In this document: piece by piece, positions 18,900 through 29,596 of the stretch
How the letters are laid out: every line of letters begins with the position of its first letter
Numbering within the stretch: position 1 is the stretch's first letter
DNA from: Candidatus Borrarchaeum weybense
Lineage (GTDB): Archaea > Asgardarchaeota > Sifarchaeia > Borrarchaeales > Borrarchaeaceae
Assembly (NCBI GenBank): GCA_019057385.1
Contig: JAHQJS010000007.1
Location: 651,685-715,684 of the forward strand
Direction of reading: 5' to 3'
DNA length: 64,000 nt
Notes under the pieces: model-generated
The model's database searches: none
What the model was told of the DNA's origin: nothing
What the model saw: the letters and a program-made list of their open reading frames with translations, nothing else
Made by a program: the position numbers and the translations under genes

Positions 18900-20729
18900 T
18901 TAAAGGAGTCCTATTTTTTCTTGAAAGATCTTATATCTTTTAATTATTTTTGCCCTTGAATATCTCTGAGTTAAGGTGCCTAAATGTCCCATTCGTTGTG
19001 CCACTAAATTCTGTTTGACTCCTAATTCTTGAAAAAACTCAGACATTGAATGTCTTAAACAATGTGCAGTGAAATAAACACCACTATTCTCTCTTAACTT
19101 TGAATATATCTGATGAATTATCCACGGATGAAGTTTCACTTTTTTTACTTTTCCAAGAGCGAAAAAAAAACCATCATGTTCAACTCTATGGATTTTTCTA
19201 AGTAACAATTGTTGTCTTACTAAAGCTTTCATCTCATTTGTTAATACGACAAATCTAATTTTGTCACGTTTACCTTTAACTTCTATGTAATGTTCTCTAT
19301 CGAATCGAGGGATAGGTTCATTTCCATTTTGTTTATTTTCCATTTCGTCTGGTTTGCCAAGCACCATGTCCATTGTAATTTTCTTGTATTCTGAAACCCT
19401 TAAGCCAAGGTTTAGTCCTAAATCAAAAATATTTTTCTCTATTGGATTATTTATCACTTTTCGAATTTGTTTAATTTCTTCTCTTGTCAAGGCTCTTGGT
19501 TTTGTCTCTGGTAATTGGGGAACAACTTGTGGGAGTTTCAAAGTTTCTTTGATTTCTAATACAATTGCAGTATCTATTATTGGTGAATGTATTTTATTCT
19601 TCTTACACCATTCCATTCCTTTTTTCCTTATATGCCATTTTTCTACCCATGTTAGAAAAGCTGATATTGATATTGCTTTATCTTTAATAGATACGGGAGA
19701 ATTAGGTTTTGTTTGTCTGGTACAGTTGGAGAAACTGCCATATTTCTTGAGATATTTAAAATATTCGATAATGATCTCTGAGTCAAGGTTCTTCCAAGTT
19801 TTTTCCTTTGATTTTAGGAAATTACAAAGATCTGCTATAGTTGATGTGTATTTAGCGATTGTTTTATCGCTTATTTTACCTTTTTTGTCATTTCTGTATG
19901 CGATGAGTAGATTATCGTACTCATGGAAAGTATGACTAAGCTGCATTCCGGCTTCCAGAAGTGCATTGTTCCACGAGCCAAAATGAATTGCATAAGTTAA
20001 AGGTGAAGGTAATAAAGGATCCTTTGAAAATTCACGATTAGCAGGAGTTTTTCTAGTTTCTTTTTTATAATTCTTCAATATTTTTAGGAGTTCTTCTTTC
20101 GTATATCGCTTTGTATTTGGATCAAAGCCTAATGATTCAATAAACTTGTTATAAGTTCCATAATAATTTACAAATGTATTTAAGCTTGGTAAATCTAATC
20201 CTAATCTTAACTTTGGAAATTCTCGTTTGGTAGGCACTCTTCCTGTCTCTTCTATGTATTTCTTAAACTCAAGTGCCTTTTTTTCTATCTGTTCTTTTTT
20301 ATATCGCTTTACTTTTGGATTATATCCCAAAAATTCAATAAACTTGTTATAACTTCCAAAATGCCTAACAAGAGTATTTACACTTGGCAGATCTAATTTC
20401 AATCTTAGGTTTGAAAACTCTTCACTGGTAGGAACTTTATTTGTTTCTTCTATGTATTTCTTAAGCGTGAATGCTTTATGATCCATCTCTTCCTTTGTAT
20501 ATCCCTGTTTTCCACGTCGCTTCGTAATTGATTCAAAGCCTAAAGATTCAATAAGCTTATTATAACTTCCATAATACTTAACAAATGTATTAAAACTTGG
20601 TAAATCCAATTCTGATCTTAACTTTAAAAATTCGTCTTTGGTGGGAATTTTATTTGTTTCGTCTATGTACTTCTTGAACCTAAGTGCTTTTTGTTTGATC
20701 TCTTCTTGTGTATATCCTTTTCGACCCAC
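18900..20729 (-). CDS. Tyrosine recombinase with four N-terminal homing-endonuclease-associated repeats
   Basis: GLRVSE, KGK, HCLRH, MGH, QRY catalytic set; four YT.EE...P...EF...LPS..T....FGS.N repeats. Confidence 0.85.
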   Translation of the reverse strand: MGRKGYTQEEIKQKALRFKKYIDETNKIPTKDEFLKLRSELDLPSFNTFVKYYGSYNKLIESLGFESITKRRGKQGYTKEEMDHKAFTLKKYIEETNKVPTSEEFSNLRLKLDLPSVNTLVRHFGSYNKFIEFLGYNPKVKRYKKEQIEKKALEFKKYIEETGRVPTKREFPKLRLGLDLPSLNTFVNYYGTYNKFIESLGFDPNTKRYTKEELLKILKNYKKETRKTPANREFSKDPLLPSPLTYAIHFGSWNNALLEAGMQLSHTFHEYDNLLIAYRNDKKGKISDKTIAKYTSTIADLCNFLKSKEKTWKNLDSEIIIEYFKYLKKYGSFSNCTRQTKPNSPVSIKDKAISISAFLTWVEKWHIRKKGMEWCKKNKIHSPIIDTAIVLEIKETLKLPQVVPQLPETKPRALTREEIKQIRKVINNPIEKNIFDLGLNLGLRVSEYKKITMDMVLGKPDEMENKQNGNEPIPRFDREHYIEVKGKRDKIRFVVLTNEMKALVRQQLLLRKIHRVEHDGFFFALGKVKKVKLHPWIIHQIYSKLRENSGVYFTAHCLRHSMSEFFQELGVKQNLVAQRMGHLGTLTQRYSRAKIIKRYKIFQEKIGLL

Positions 20730-21002
20730 GCAATCCCACCTTTACAAAATTATGTTCATCTATGATGTCTTCAGTATTTGAATGAAACCATTTGATAATG
20801 CAGTTTTTGTTGCACAATGATTTAGGTCGATTCACTTCGCTATACATGGATCAAAGTTTCTATAAAAACCCCTCAATTCAACTCCAAATAAGGTTAAGAT
20901 TTCTTTAGTTTGGCTGGAGCTGTGATTGCTATTCTTCTGCCTAAAATATAAGCACAAATAGTTGCCCACTTTTGGGTGTGAACAATCACGAATGAAAATT
21001 GT

Positions 21003-21350
21003 TTAAAGTTCTCTGTAGGACTTGTAACTGAAATATATGCAGGCTAGCCCATCCAAGATGAATGAAAACTGCTTTACAATGCTTATTGGATTCGTGAACG
21101 TATACCATGCTGGATTACCTGGAGTAACAATTAGTGCAGTTAAACCAATAATCAAGAGAAGTATTCCTAATATAAAAGCCGGCTTGATTTTCTTAATATA
21201 AAGTGGAATTAATATCCATGCTATAAGGGTCATTATCGAGAAGACAATCAGTGCAGAGGGTGACTGTAGGTTCATCATACTAGCGATCACGACGGATATA
21301 AGCGCCCAACCTGCCACTCCGATTAAGGTGATTACTGCACAAGTTAAATT
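21003..21350 (-). CDS. Small membrane protein, start uncertain (possible remnant)
   Basis: Four hydrophobic segments; the annotated 5' part lies in a low-complexity A-tract. Confidence 0.4.
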   Translation of the reverse strand, partial: NLTCAVITLIGVAGWALISVVIASMMNLQSPSALIVFSIMTLIAWILIPLYIKKIKPAFILGILLLIIGLTALIVTPGNPAWYTFTNPISIVKQFSFILDGLACIYFSYKSYREL

Positions 21351-21513
21351 AGAAATAGAAGCGTAATAAAAGTAAAAAAGCAAAAACGCGAAAAATAGTA
21401 GCAAAAAAGTGAAAAAGTAAAAATAAAATGAAATCAAGTTAGTTTCGCATCCAATTTCGTTTTATTCAATGAACTATTATATTGCAGATATATAAAAAAT
21501 ATCAGAAAGCATT

Positions 21514-22320
21514 TTAGTCAAGTATGATTCTTCTATGTCCCAAAGGGCATGTTCCATAATGACAGTCATACCAACCTTCGTCCCACTTTTCCTCGACGTT
21601 ATAATGGTTATAGCAATATATCTTATCACACTTTGGACAATATGCATCCATGCCCTCTTCAAGAGCTGGGGATTCATGCGCAAAATCGTGGACTTCAGCA
21701 AGTTTGTCTTCTTCTAATAAACTGAAAACCTTTTTAGCATCCTTCAAACTAAAAGATGCTGTTGTAGTGAGTCCAATATAATACAGGTATTTTTTGCCAT
21801 CTATACTGGAAACCCCAATTTTAAAGCCTGCCCCAACTTCTCCACAAATAGCGCACGGTAGATGATATTCTTCATCGCTGTACTTAATTACACGTTGAGT
21901 TGGTGCTTTGTGTTCCTCTTTACCCACTAAATTTTCTAATTCAGTAGAAATCTGTTCCCAACAAACTTCAAATGTAGCTCTTAGTTCTGACTCTAATTTT
22001 ATTCCATCTTTACCCGTGATCTTTAATTCACTCGAAGACTGTTCTAATCGACTTTTTGCCAATATCAAGTAAGACCAAGCCGACTTATCGTAATGAGTCC
22101 TATCATCGCTGATTCCTTTAAGCAGTTCCCATGCTGAGACGATACTAAAATAAACTTCTTTAACATCTGTAATCCACGCTTCATCAATAGATTCATCTGT
22201 AGTATTCAAAAATTCAATTATTTTGTCTTTTACATCTTCAAGTTTTTGTATTGAGTCTCTTATCTTCCAAACTCGTTCTCTAGCTTTGTCTTTAGCTTTA
22301 ACTTTTTTTTTACGTGGCAT
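21514..22320 (-). CDS. Hypothetical protein with C-terminal Cys/His cluster
   Basis: Start probably MPRKKK at 22320; CAIC, YCPKCDKIYCYNH, CPLGH. Confidence 0.7.
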   Translation of the reverse strand: MPRKKKVKAKDKARERVWKIRDSIQKLEDVKDKIIEFLNTTDESIDEAWITDVKEVYFSIVSAWELLKGISDDRTHYDKSAWSYLILAKSRLEQSSSELKITGKDGIKLESELRATFEVCWEQISTELENLVGKEEHKAPTQRVIKYSDEEYHLPCAICGEVGAGFKIGVSSIDGKKYLYYIGLTTTASFSLKDAKKVFSLLEEDKLAEVHDFAHESPALEEGMDAYCPKCDKIYCYNHYNVEEKWDEGWYDCHYGTCPLGHRRIILD

Positions 22321-22387
22321 TTTTTTTAAACTCTCAATTAAAAAATGGATTTGGGACTTAATATAACTTATCGATTGTATCATTGAA

Positions 22388-23356
22388 CTAGAAAAACTGT
22401 AGTCCACTATAAATCGCTATTGAGAATAACGCCGCCGCTGGAAAGGTGACACCCCAAGCAAAGGCAATTCCTTTAACGGTACGTGTATTTACTTTAATTT
22501 TTTTGGCGTATCCTACGCCTATGAGTGCCGCTACCAAAACTGCAGTTCCGGAGAGAGGCAATCCAAACCATGTGCCGAGAAACATAACAAGAGCCGTTGC
22601 AACTTGCGCGGCAAATGCTGATGAAGGAGTTAATTTTACCACTGAAGTTCCTAGTTCTAAAAGCACTCTTCTACCAAGGATCAGAAGTCCAATAGTTGCC
22701 CCAATACCTCCAATAATCAATAAAACAGTAAGTTCAACTGCGTGAATTAAAGGTGCAATCGCATTAGCTATATCATTTGCACCCCTGCTAAATTGTGTGA
22801 TCATTACAGCGACCAGAAGCATCTGTGCGAATAGTCTTTCTCTTTTTTCTACATCATTTAATCCTTTGACCTTTGAGAGAACACCTCTCTGCAAAGCGGT
22901 GTAGGTAAGGTATGCGATAACAAAACCCAGAATCGGAGAGATAGCCAAACCTACGAATACTAGCACAATAGCATTCCAATTAATATATGAAAAACCAATA
23001 ATTACGCCTAGTCCTATTATTGAACCTATCATAGCTTGTGTTGTAGAAATGGGAGATTTAAAGTAACTAGCTATCGTTAACCATGCTCCAACAGCGAAAA
23101 CTATAGATATAATCTCAATCATTGTTAAAGGCTTTGTAATAATTCCTTTTCCTAAGGTTTCTGCCACTCTGTCTCCTAGTACTAGAATCCCAGCGATGTT
23201 CAATACACATGCTAAAACTAAAGCGAATTTCAACTTAATATATCCCGAACCTACCGCTGGAGCAAATGTTTCATCATTACTACCAATGCCGAAGCTAATT
23301 GTAGATGCACCGCAAATACTTAAAATGAGTAATAGAAATATAGGTAGAGTAACCAT
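22388..23356 (-). CDS. pit: Inorganic phosphate transporter (PiT family)
   Basis: GSND and GANDIANA signatures, PISTT. Confidence 0.9.
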   Translation of the reverse strand: MVTLPIFLLLILSICGASTISFGIGSNDETFAPAVGSGYIKLKFALVLACVLNIAGILVLGDRVAETLGKGIITKPLTMIEIISIVFAVGAWLTIASYFKSPISTTQAMIGSIIGLGVIIGFSYINWNAIVLVFVGLAISPILGFVIAYLTYTALQRGVLSKVKGLNDVEKRERLFAQMLLVAVMITQFSRGANDIANAIAPLIHAVELTVLLIIGGIGATIGLLILGRRVLLELGTSVVKLTPSSAFAAQVATALVMFLGTWFGLPLSGTAVLVAALIGVGYAKKIKVNTRTVKGIAFAWGVTFPAAALFSIAIYSGLQFF

Positions 23357-23425
23357 CTCAACTCACATTTCTGGAAATGGCTCATATTATTTAAATCAAA
23401 CGATATTTCAGGATGGATATAAGAA

Positions 23426-24091
23426 ATGGCATTGAGAGGCACAATATCTGATCGAGACGCTAAGAAGAAAGCATTAGACTTATTTGCTGAGCAAATAGAA
23501 AAAGTTAAAGAGTGTATTGACGATTTGGAAGACGCTTTCGAAGAATTTTATAAAAACGAGGATTGCGGTGAGGCCTGCGACGAACTTATTGAAACTGAGG
23601 CAGAAGCGGACCGGGTGAAAGAACATCTCTTAGAACTATTGTTCAGAGGAACATTCCTTCCATTAACAGCTGAAGATCGCTTAAATTTAGTTATAATGAA
23701 TGATAATGTCGCTGATGCCGCAGAAAAGACGGCTCGTGTTTTGAAAGCGTATTTTCCAGCATTGCGAAGAATTGACAAGGATATGAAGTATCAAATATGG
23801 CAATTGTCTCGAAAGATGACAGAACTTGCAGAACATCTTGCAAACTCGCTTGAATTATTAGCTGATGATTTTGAAGGCGCATTTAAAGAAGCCAAGATGG
23901 TTGAAACGATGAGAAGAGATATCCGTCATAAAAGCTTCGATCTAATAGAACAATTGTTTAAAGAAGAAAAGAATGATATTAGCATTGCTTTGCTTACTAA
24001 AGAAATTATCCTTAATCTCGTTAACGTGGCAAACGTAGCGGAAGATGCCTCTGATTTTGTTACTGCAATTGTTATAAAATACTCATATTAA
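23426..24091 (+). CDS. DUF47 / PhoU-like phosphate transport regulator
   Basis: E.EAD..K...L....F.P...EDR...D..AD..E; divergent from pit. Confidence 0.88.
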   Translation: MALRGTISDRDAKKKALDLFAEQIEKVKECIDDLEDAFEEFYKNEDCGEACDELIETEAEADRVKEHLLELLFRGTFLPLTAEDRLNLVIMNDNVADAAEKTARVLKAYFPALRRIDKDMKYQIWQLSRKMTELAEHLANSLELLADDFEGAFKEAKMVETMRRDIRHKSFDLIEQLFKEEKNDISIALLTKEIILNLVNVANVAEDASDFVTAIVIKYSY

Positions 24092-24110
24092 GAAATACTA
24101 GAACCTTTCC

Positions 24111-24293
24111 TTAAGAATTAAGCGAGATAACGGTTTCTTGTACTTTCAGCAAGACAATTAATGATCCAATAATTGGTAAGATAGCGAGGATCATAAACAT
24201 AATACATAAACCCAAAAATTCTGCCACGATTCCGGCGAAAAGTGTGTTAATTGTTAAGAATGATCTCTTGAAATCGTCTTTTGCAGAGGTCAA
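24111..24293 (-). pseudogene. Second internally deleted MFS remnant, paralogous to 17075..17419
   Basis: N-terminal ..KD....L.INT joined to C-terminal AGIVAEFLG...QET. Confidence 0.55.
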
Positions 24294-24406
24294 AGTAATC
24301 GCATCTTTTTTTTTGGAAGTATCAAGTTTTAGCTATAATTCTTTAACGGTTATAGCAATTGATTTTTATAGTCTTAGTCCGTAAGACAATCGAAGAGTGT
24401 TCTGAG

Positions 24407-25174
24407 ATGACTACCATCCTTGAAGATTTATCAGAGTGTGAAAAAGCGCTACTAATATCAATACTGGACAATGATGGAGTTATCGTCCAGATTTGGGATA
24501 TGTGTTTTGCTAATCCCCCTGGAAAGCTAGTTCACTGGCACGCCTCCCAACTTGGCGTAGGCATTAAGAGAGTGTTCAAAATCATTCGAAAATTTACTAA
24601 GATGGGATTTGTTGAAAGAGTAGACTATAAACGTACCAAGGGCGATAAATTTATTATACCTAAATATGATCTCACAAACGAAGGAAGAAAAATAGCGGTT
24701 CAATTAAAGCGAGAAAAATTGATTAAACAACAACAAATCACTAAAGAGCCTAGTAAATGTCTTATGAGAGTTTTGATACAAGCCAGAAGCGAAGATATGT
24801 CTGAAGATTTTCTTTTTGCAACATTAAAGCATCGTATCGGGAACTTAGAGTCCGTTAAGATTAGAACAGAAAATATTGAGGGATCTAAGTATCTAATAAC
24901 TCGTGGAGACGTTGTTGTAGTTACTATGAAGCAAACAAGCTTTGGAAACAAGGTACTTATGAAAACGTTGAGATTATCGGAGGATCAGTCACAGATGGTT
25001 AAAAAATATGCGTGTACCTGTTCAACTGTACGAAGATGTTTACTGGCTGAGAAAACAATCAATTTCATGTTTGTTGAACAAGAACCTTTCATAGGTGATT
25101 TAAATCCTTGTGGCAGTTATAAAAAAGAAAAGGTAAAAATTATTCTTGAAGAATGGAAATTTCACACGAAGTAG
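24407..25174 (+). CDS. Hypothetical protein with winged-helix-like N-terminus
   Basis: LSECEKALL...KMGFVER...YDLTNEGRKIA. Confidence 0.6.
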   Translation: MTTILEDLSECEKALLISILDNDGVIVQIWDMCFANPPGKLVHWHASQLGVGIKRVFKIIRKFTKMGFVERVDYKRTKGDKFIIPKYDLTNEGRKIAVQLKREKLIKQQQITKEPSKCLMRVLIQARSEDMSEDFLFATLKHRIGNLESVKIRTENIEGSKYLITRGDVVVVTMKQTSFGNKVLMKTLRLSEDQSQMVKKYACTCSTVRRCLLAEKTINFMFVEQEPFIGDLNPCGSYKKEKVKIILEEWKFHTK

Positions 25175-25557
25175 TTTATTGATTATTTTTTTATTTTTGC
25201 GCTAAACATTCTTCTGTTTTCTTTATATGCTGATCAATTTCCTTTAGTAGTTTCTTATTAACTTATAATCTTCACGTTTTATTGAAATAATTGTCCGATA
25301 ATCGCGTTCATCAATTAAATGTCCGTTAAAGAGTTTGCAGAAAAACATATCTTAATATACTCCGAAAACATTTTTCTTAATTAGAATAGAGCTATGAATG
25401 TAGGTTAGTTTTCTATTATATCGAACTACTTTAGTTATACTGAGATCAAGCGGACATCTAAGTCAATTCGATCGTCTTAAAATAAAGTAGCAGATCATTT
25501 TAACATACCTACTTTGTAAGCTTTGCCGAATAAATATGACCATATGGAGGTGAAAAG

Positions 25558-26217
25558 ATGACACAGGAAAACAATCTACCACCAAAGGTTCCAACTAAAA
25601 TGCTGACAGAAGAAGTCCTAGATGGAATTACTAGCAGTGACTTACAAAGGGATACATATAGACCATATGGCATCTACATAACGACCAAGCGAATAATTGG
25701 TATAAAGCCAAATAAACTTCAGAAAATCAATCCTACGTGGTGGTTCGTTATTGTTCTAGGTATTGTGTTAGTGGGTACTCTCATTGGTTTAGGTGCATTA
25801 TTTGTTCCATTACTGATTGGTGGCTTTTTCTTGATTAGATTTATTCTAAGACGAACAATTTACAAACCAGATGATTTCTCTAAAAAAACGATAGAAGAAC
25901 TAGAAGAAAAAAGGGATTTCGAAGTATTTAAAGATGAGATAGAAGAAATCAGATTACAAGAACCGAAAGGAGCATTATTTGGTGGTCTAATGGGTGGATT
26001 CGGTGGACTTGGTGGATTTGGTAGATCAAGGAGAAGATCTAATCGTCCGTATAGAGACTTGGTTATTCAAGGTAATAAACGCGAATATAAAATCAATATC
26101 TTTAGAGGTAGCGCATTAGAGAAAATGTACGATATGTTTAATGAGCCTGAGACAATAGAGGATATATTTGAGCATGACAGAATGAAAGATATGCCTAATA
26201 ATCCTGCTATAGCATAA
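25558..26217 (+). CDS. Hypothetical membrane protein
   Basis: Two TM helices, Gly-rich segment, GGAGGTGA SD. Confidence 0.7.
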   Translation: MTQENNLPPKVPTKMLTEEVLDGITSSDLQRDTYRPYGIYITTKRIIGIKPNKLQKINPTWWFVIVLGIVLVGTLIGLGALFVPLLIGGFFLIRFILRRTIYKPDDFSKKTIEELEEKRDFEVFKDEIEEIRLQEPKGALFGGLMGGFGGLGGFGRSRRRSNRPYRDLVIQGNKREYKINIFRGSALEKMYDMFNEPETIEDIFEHDRMKDMPNNPAIA

Positions 26218-26332
26218 TAATGGAAAAAGGCTCATTAGATCTATTTTTAGAATAATATTTGAGATTCTTTTTCTAAAATTTATTTCATCCAAGTAGAATT
26301 CCAAATTTTTTTGGAATGGTATTCTAATGGAT

Positions 26333-27088
26333 TTATTTTACAGGGTCGTTAAAGGAACAAGGAACTACACAAACGCATTTCCCACAAACATCTGCTAATC
26401 CAAATTTTGAATATAAATCCGCGTTTGACAAACAAACTTCATAACACCGATGTCTATCAAAGGAATCAATTTTCAAGGCATTAAAGATGCAGTTCTCAAC
26501 ACATTGCTTACAGGTTTCGTTGTGCTTGTATAAACAGAATTCCTTTTGTGGTCTCTTTGTAGGTGTTATTTTTGCATTTGTTATTAAAGAGCCCAATCTT
26601 CCACAACATCCTCTTTCTGTAATAAGCATGTGATGTACGCCAAAATTGCCAAGTCCTGCAACAAACGCAACGTGCTTATGTGACCAATCACTAATTAATT
26701 CTTGTTCGTCGAAATTGTGGGTAGGAGGAAGAATCACTGATTTGAATTTTTGTTTTTCTAATTCTTCAGATAAAAATTCATTTAGATCTGATATTAGCTT
26801 ATTGGTTTCAATATAAGCGATAGCCCATTCTTCCGAACAATTCTGTCCATTTACATTGCTTAAAGGAATTTCTTTTTTGAATGGAATGAAATATGAAATC
26901 ACAGTTTCTGCGTCTTTAAGTAATTCTGTTGGTAAACTGTGTGTCTCACTTATTACTGTCTTTAATTTCAAAAATAAGGGATCATGAGCACTTGCAAACG
27001 CAATAAGTGGTTCTTCCCAATCAGTTTTAGTTTTATTTTGGGGTTTGTAGGTTTCTACAAATTCTTTGATGACATCTGAAATGTTCAT
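26333..27088 (-). CDS. QueG-like Fe-S protein (epoxyqueuosine reductase family)
   Basis: WSHKHVAFVAGLGNFG, GRLGS, C..C...C and CGKC...VPC. Confidence 0.8.
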   Translation of the reverse strand: MNISDVIKEFVETYKPQNKTKTDWEEPLIAFASAHDPLFLKLKTVISETHSLPTELLKDAETVISYFIPFKKEIPLSNVNGQNCSEEWAIAYIETNKLISDLNEFLSEELEKQKFKSVILPPTHNFDEQELISDWSHKHVAFVAGLGNFGVHHMLITERGCCGRLGSLITNAKITPTKRPQKEFCLYKHNETCKQCVENCIFNALKIDSFDRHRCYEVCLSNADLYSKFGLADVCGKCVCVVPCSFNDPVK

Positions 27089-27273
27089 ACGAAATATTCT
27101 AAATGAAATCCTTATAAAAGTAACTTGAACGCATTAATGGAGTTCTCTGAACCTTAACCTAGAATTTAGAGCATAAATTCAGCACATTCATGTGTCTTGA
27201 TTATAATCGTGCCAAAACAGTACTGAAAAGTTAAATAAAGAAGAATGTGCTTTATCTAGACTAGGGAACCAAA

Positions 27274-27651
27274 ATGCAGTGGGGATTCTTTCCCATTTTA
27301 ATGGGTATCATATTTTTTATCGTAATAGTAGCGAGTTTAATAGGAATTTGGCTGTGCATTTGGATATATCGAGATGCAGATGCTCGTGGAGAAAATGGGG
27401 CACTTTGGGTGATTATCCTACTTATATCTGGCCTCATTGGACTGATCGTATGGCTTGTTGTACGTAGTGACAAACCAATTGTCAATCCACGTATTACAGC
27501 TTCTAAATACAGGGCTCAGAGTCCAGAATATATACCTCCAACACCTAAGACTAAGACACCTCCACCAGGAAAGAAGTTTTGCAAAAATTGTGGCAAACCT
27601 ATCCCTCCAAATTCAGCGTTCTGTCCTCACTGTGGAATACGATTCGATTGA
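27274..27651 (+). CDS. Membrane protein with C-terminal zinc ribbon
   Basis: WIYRDA..RG...LW TM module; CKNC...FCPHCG. Confidence 0.8.
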   Translation: MQWGFFPILMGIIFFIVIVASLIGIWLCIWIYRDADARGENGALWVIILLISGLIGLIVWLVVRSDKPIVNPRITASKYRAQSPEYIPPTPKTKTPPPGKKFCKNCGKPIPPNSAFCPHCGIRFD

Positions 27652-27738
27652 GATATTTTGAACTAAAAACTTACTTCTTTTCTTAATTTCCTTCAGTATT
27701 AACAGGGAATTAGGGTATATCTTTTTTAGAAAGTTGAA

Positions 27739-27783
27739 GTGAACTACCTCCACCTGTCGGAAGAGGACTTCCCGCCGATTAAG
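27739..27783 (-). mobile_element. Minimal IS200/IS605 end-only element (PATE-like), family C
   Basis: Minus strand TTTAA|CTTAATCGGCGGGAAGTC...GAGGTAGTTCAC; homologous to 56516..56562. Confidence 0.65.
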
Positions 27784-27861
27784 TTAAATATAATCTTTAC
27801 TATATTTTAGTTTCAATTCATTGAAGAGAATAAAGACAATGAGTTGTTTGAGGGATGATAT

Positions 27862-29445
27862 GTGAACATTAGTTTTATTCCCAATTTTTTACTAAAACCA
27901 CTTCTCAAAATCACACCACTAGGACTTTTTTACCGGATGAGAAAAAATATAACGCGAAGTGAAAAGAACACAAAAAAAATCATCACTTTAGGTATAACTG
28001 ATTTTCTAGTAAAAAGAGGAGAACAAAGAGCACTTTATATTCTTAAAGAGACCGCTAAAAGAGTCCCAGCTTATGAAAATTTCTTGAAAGAAAAAGGTTA
28101 TTCTCAAAACGATATTGAAAACGCTAAGTCGATAAAAGATGCGCCAATTTCCGATAAGGCAAGTTATATTCGTCCTAATGAAAAACATCCTGCAGACCTT
28201 TGTATGGATGGAGAGATGAGCCCCGCAAAAATGATTGAAACCAGTTCTGGTTATTCTGGGAAACACACCTACTGGTTAAGGGATCTAAAAGAGGTGCTTA
28301 GAGAGGAGCGCCAGATTCCCGTTTTATTGTCCATTTTTTATGATGTAAGCGATGACGAAGCATTTGCGATAAATGGTTTTGCTTTAAGTAGTTGGGTTAC
28401 TGGAATTCAAGCTGGGAATGCATCAAGAAGAAAAACAGCAACTATTAATATTGGTCTAAACCCTCCTGAGATTGCTCAGACTATTGCTGATTTTTACAAA
28501 AGATATTCGATTAAATTTACGCCAGGCGGCTTCAAAAAAGCACTAATAATGAGTTATCCTCCCACAATAAAAACCATATTAGATATCCTTGATGAAATGA
28601 AATTCAACGAATGGGATAATATGGAAGAAACAATCTTTGTCTCCGGAGGAGACGGATTTCCTGAATCTTATAGAGAATACATCAAAAATAAAACAGGAGG
28701 AACGCTATTTTCCGCATACGGCTCTGCGGATACAGGCATTCAATTGGGTATTGAAGCCCCTGATTTGATACAGCTTAGAGGCTATCTTGATAAGAATCCT
28801 GAGTTATGTAGACAATTCTTTGGCAAGGACCATCCACCAATGCTATTCTATTACGATCCTACACACGTTTATATTGAAGTAGTGCCAGCGGAAACTGGAA
28901 TAAATGAACTGATTTTAACTCCATTGTACGAGAGGCGGCAACCCCTTATCAGATATAATATACATGATGAAGGTGGTGTTTTTTACAACCCGAAAAGCTC
29001 GAAAAGTGAATTAACTGATTTACTGAATCTCACACAGATAGAGCTTGAATATAGCTTGCCAATCGTTTATGTTTATGGTAGAAGCGATGGATCTATTGCT
29101 GTTTTTAGTGCCTACGTCTATCCTCAACAAATACAAGCAGCTATTTTTAGGAACCTCGCTGAAGAGTTTTGTCAACACTTCCATATCTCAAGTGAATACT
29201 CTGAAAACCAGAAACCACAACTTGTTGTTGACGTTTGCGTTTCATCCAAGCCAAGTTCTGAGCAGATCGACAGTTTACATTCAGATATTTTAAATTCTAA
29301 TGAAGATTTGGGTATTATTTTATCTGAAGGATTAGCAGATCCACCAAAAATAAACTTCTATTCAAAAGATGATTGGCCATGGGAAACTGCAAGAGGTCCT
29401 GGACAAAAAGAAAGGTATTTAGGAGCGCAGAAAAAACAAAAATGA
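27862..29445 (+). CDS. Phenylacetate-CoA ligase (PaaK)-like ANL family protein
   Basis: VPAY, TSSGYSG, YGSAD, PLIRYNIHDEG, GRSD. Confidence 0.8.
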   Translation: MNISFIPNFLLKPLLKITPLGLFYRMRKNITRSEKNTKKIITLGITDFLVKRGEQRALYILKETAKRVPAYENFLKEKGYSQNDIENAKSIKDAPISDKASYIRPNEKHPADLCMDGEMSPAKMIETSSGYSGKHTYWLRDLKEVLREERQIPVLLSIFYDVSDDEAFAINGFALSSWVTGIQAGNASRRKTATINIGLNPPEIAQTIADFYKRYSIKFTPGGFKKALIMSYPPTIKTILDILDEMKFNEWDNMEETIFVSGGDGFPESYREYIKNKTGGTLFSAYGSADTGIQLGIEAPDLIQLRGYLDKNPELCRQFFGKDHPPMLFYYDPTHVYIEVVPAETGINELILTPLYERRQPLIRYNIHDEGGVFYNPKSSKSELTDLLNLTQIELEYSLPIVYVYGRSDGSIAVFSAYVYPQQIQAAIFRNLAEEFCQHFHISSEYSENQKPQLVVDVCVSSKPSSEQIDSLHSDILNSNEDLGIILSEGLADPPKINFYSKDDWPWETARGPGQKERYLGAQKKQK

Positions 29446-29596
29446 GAGAAGACTAGGTCATACTATCTAGTTTCAAATCCTTTGAGGTATATTAGGAAAT
29501 CCTCCATATGTGTTAGTTCTTTATATTAAAGAGACTTCGCAATTAATGGTTTATATAGTTGAAAATGCATGTTTAATTTAGAAATAACTGCTGGAG

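Noticed and set aside
19354-19935. 193-aa plus-strand ORF, and many similar short antisense ORFs in the track
   Set aside because: Shadows of well-supported genes on the opposite strand.
18786-20874. GAGGGGT/ACCCCTC inverted pair flanking the recombinase as possible att sites
   Set aside because: Only 7 bp and does not extend; expected by chance.
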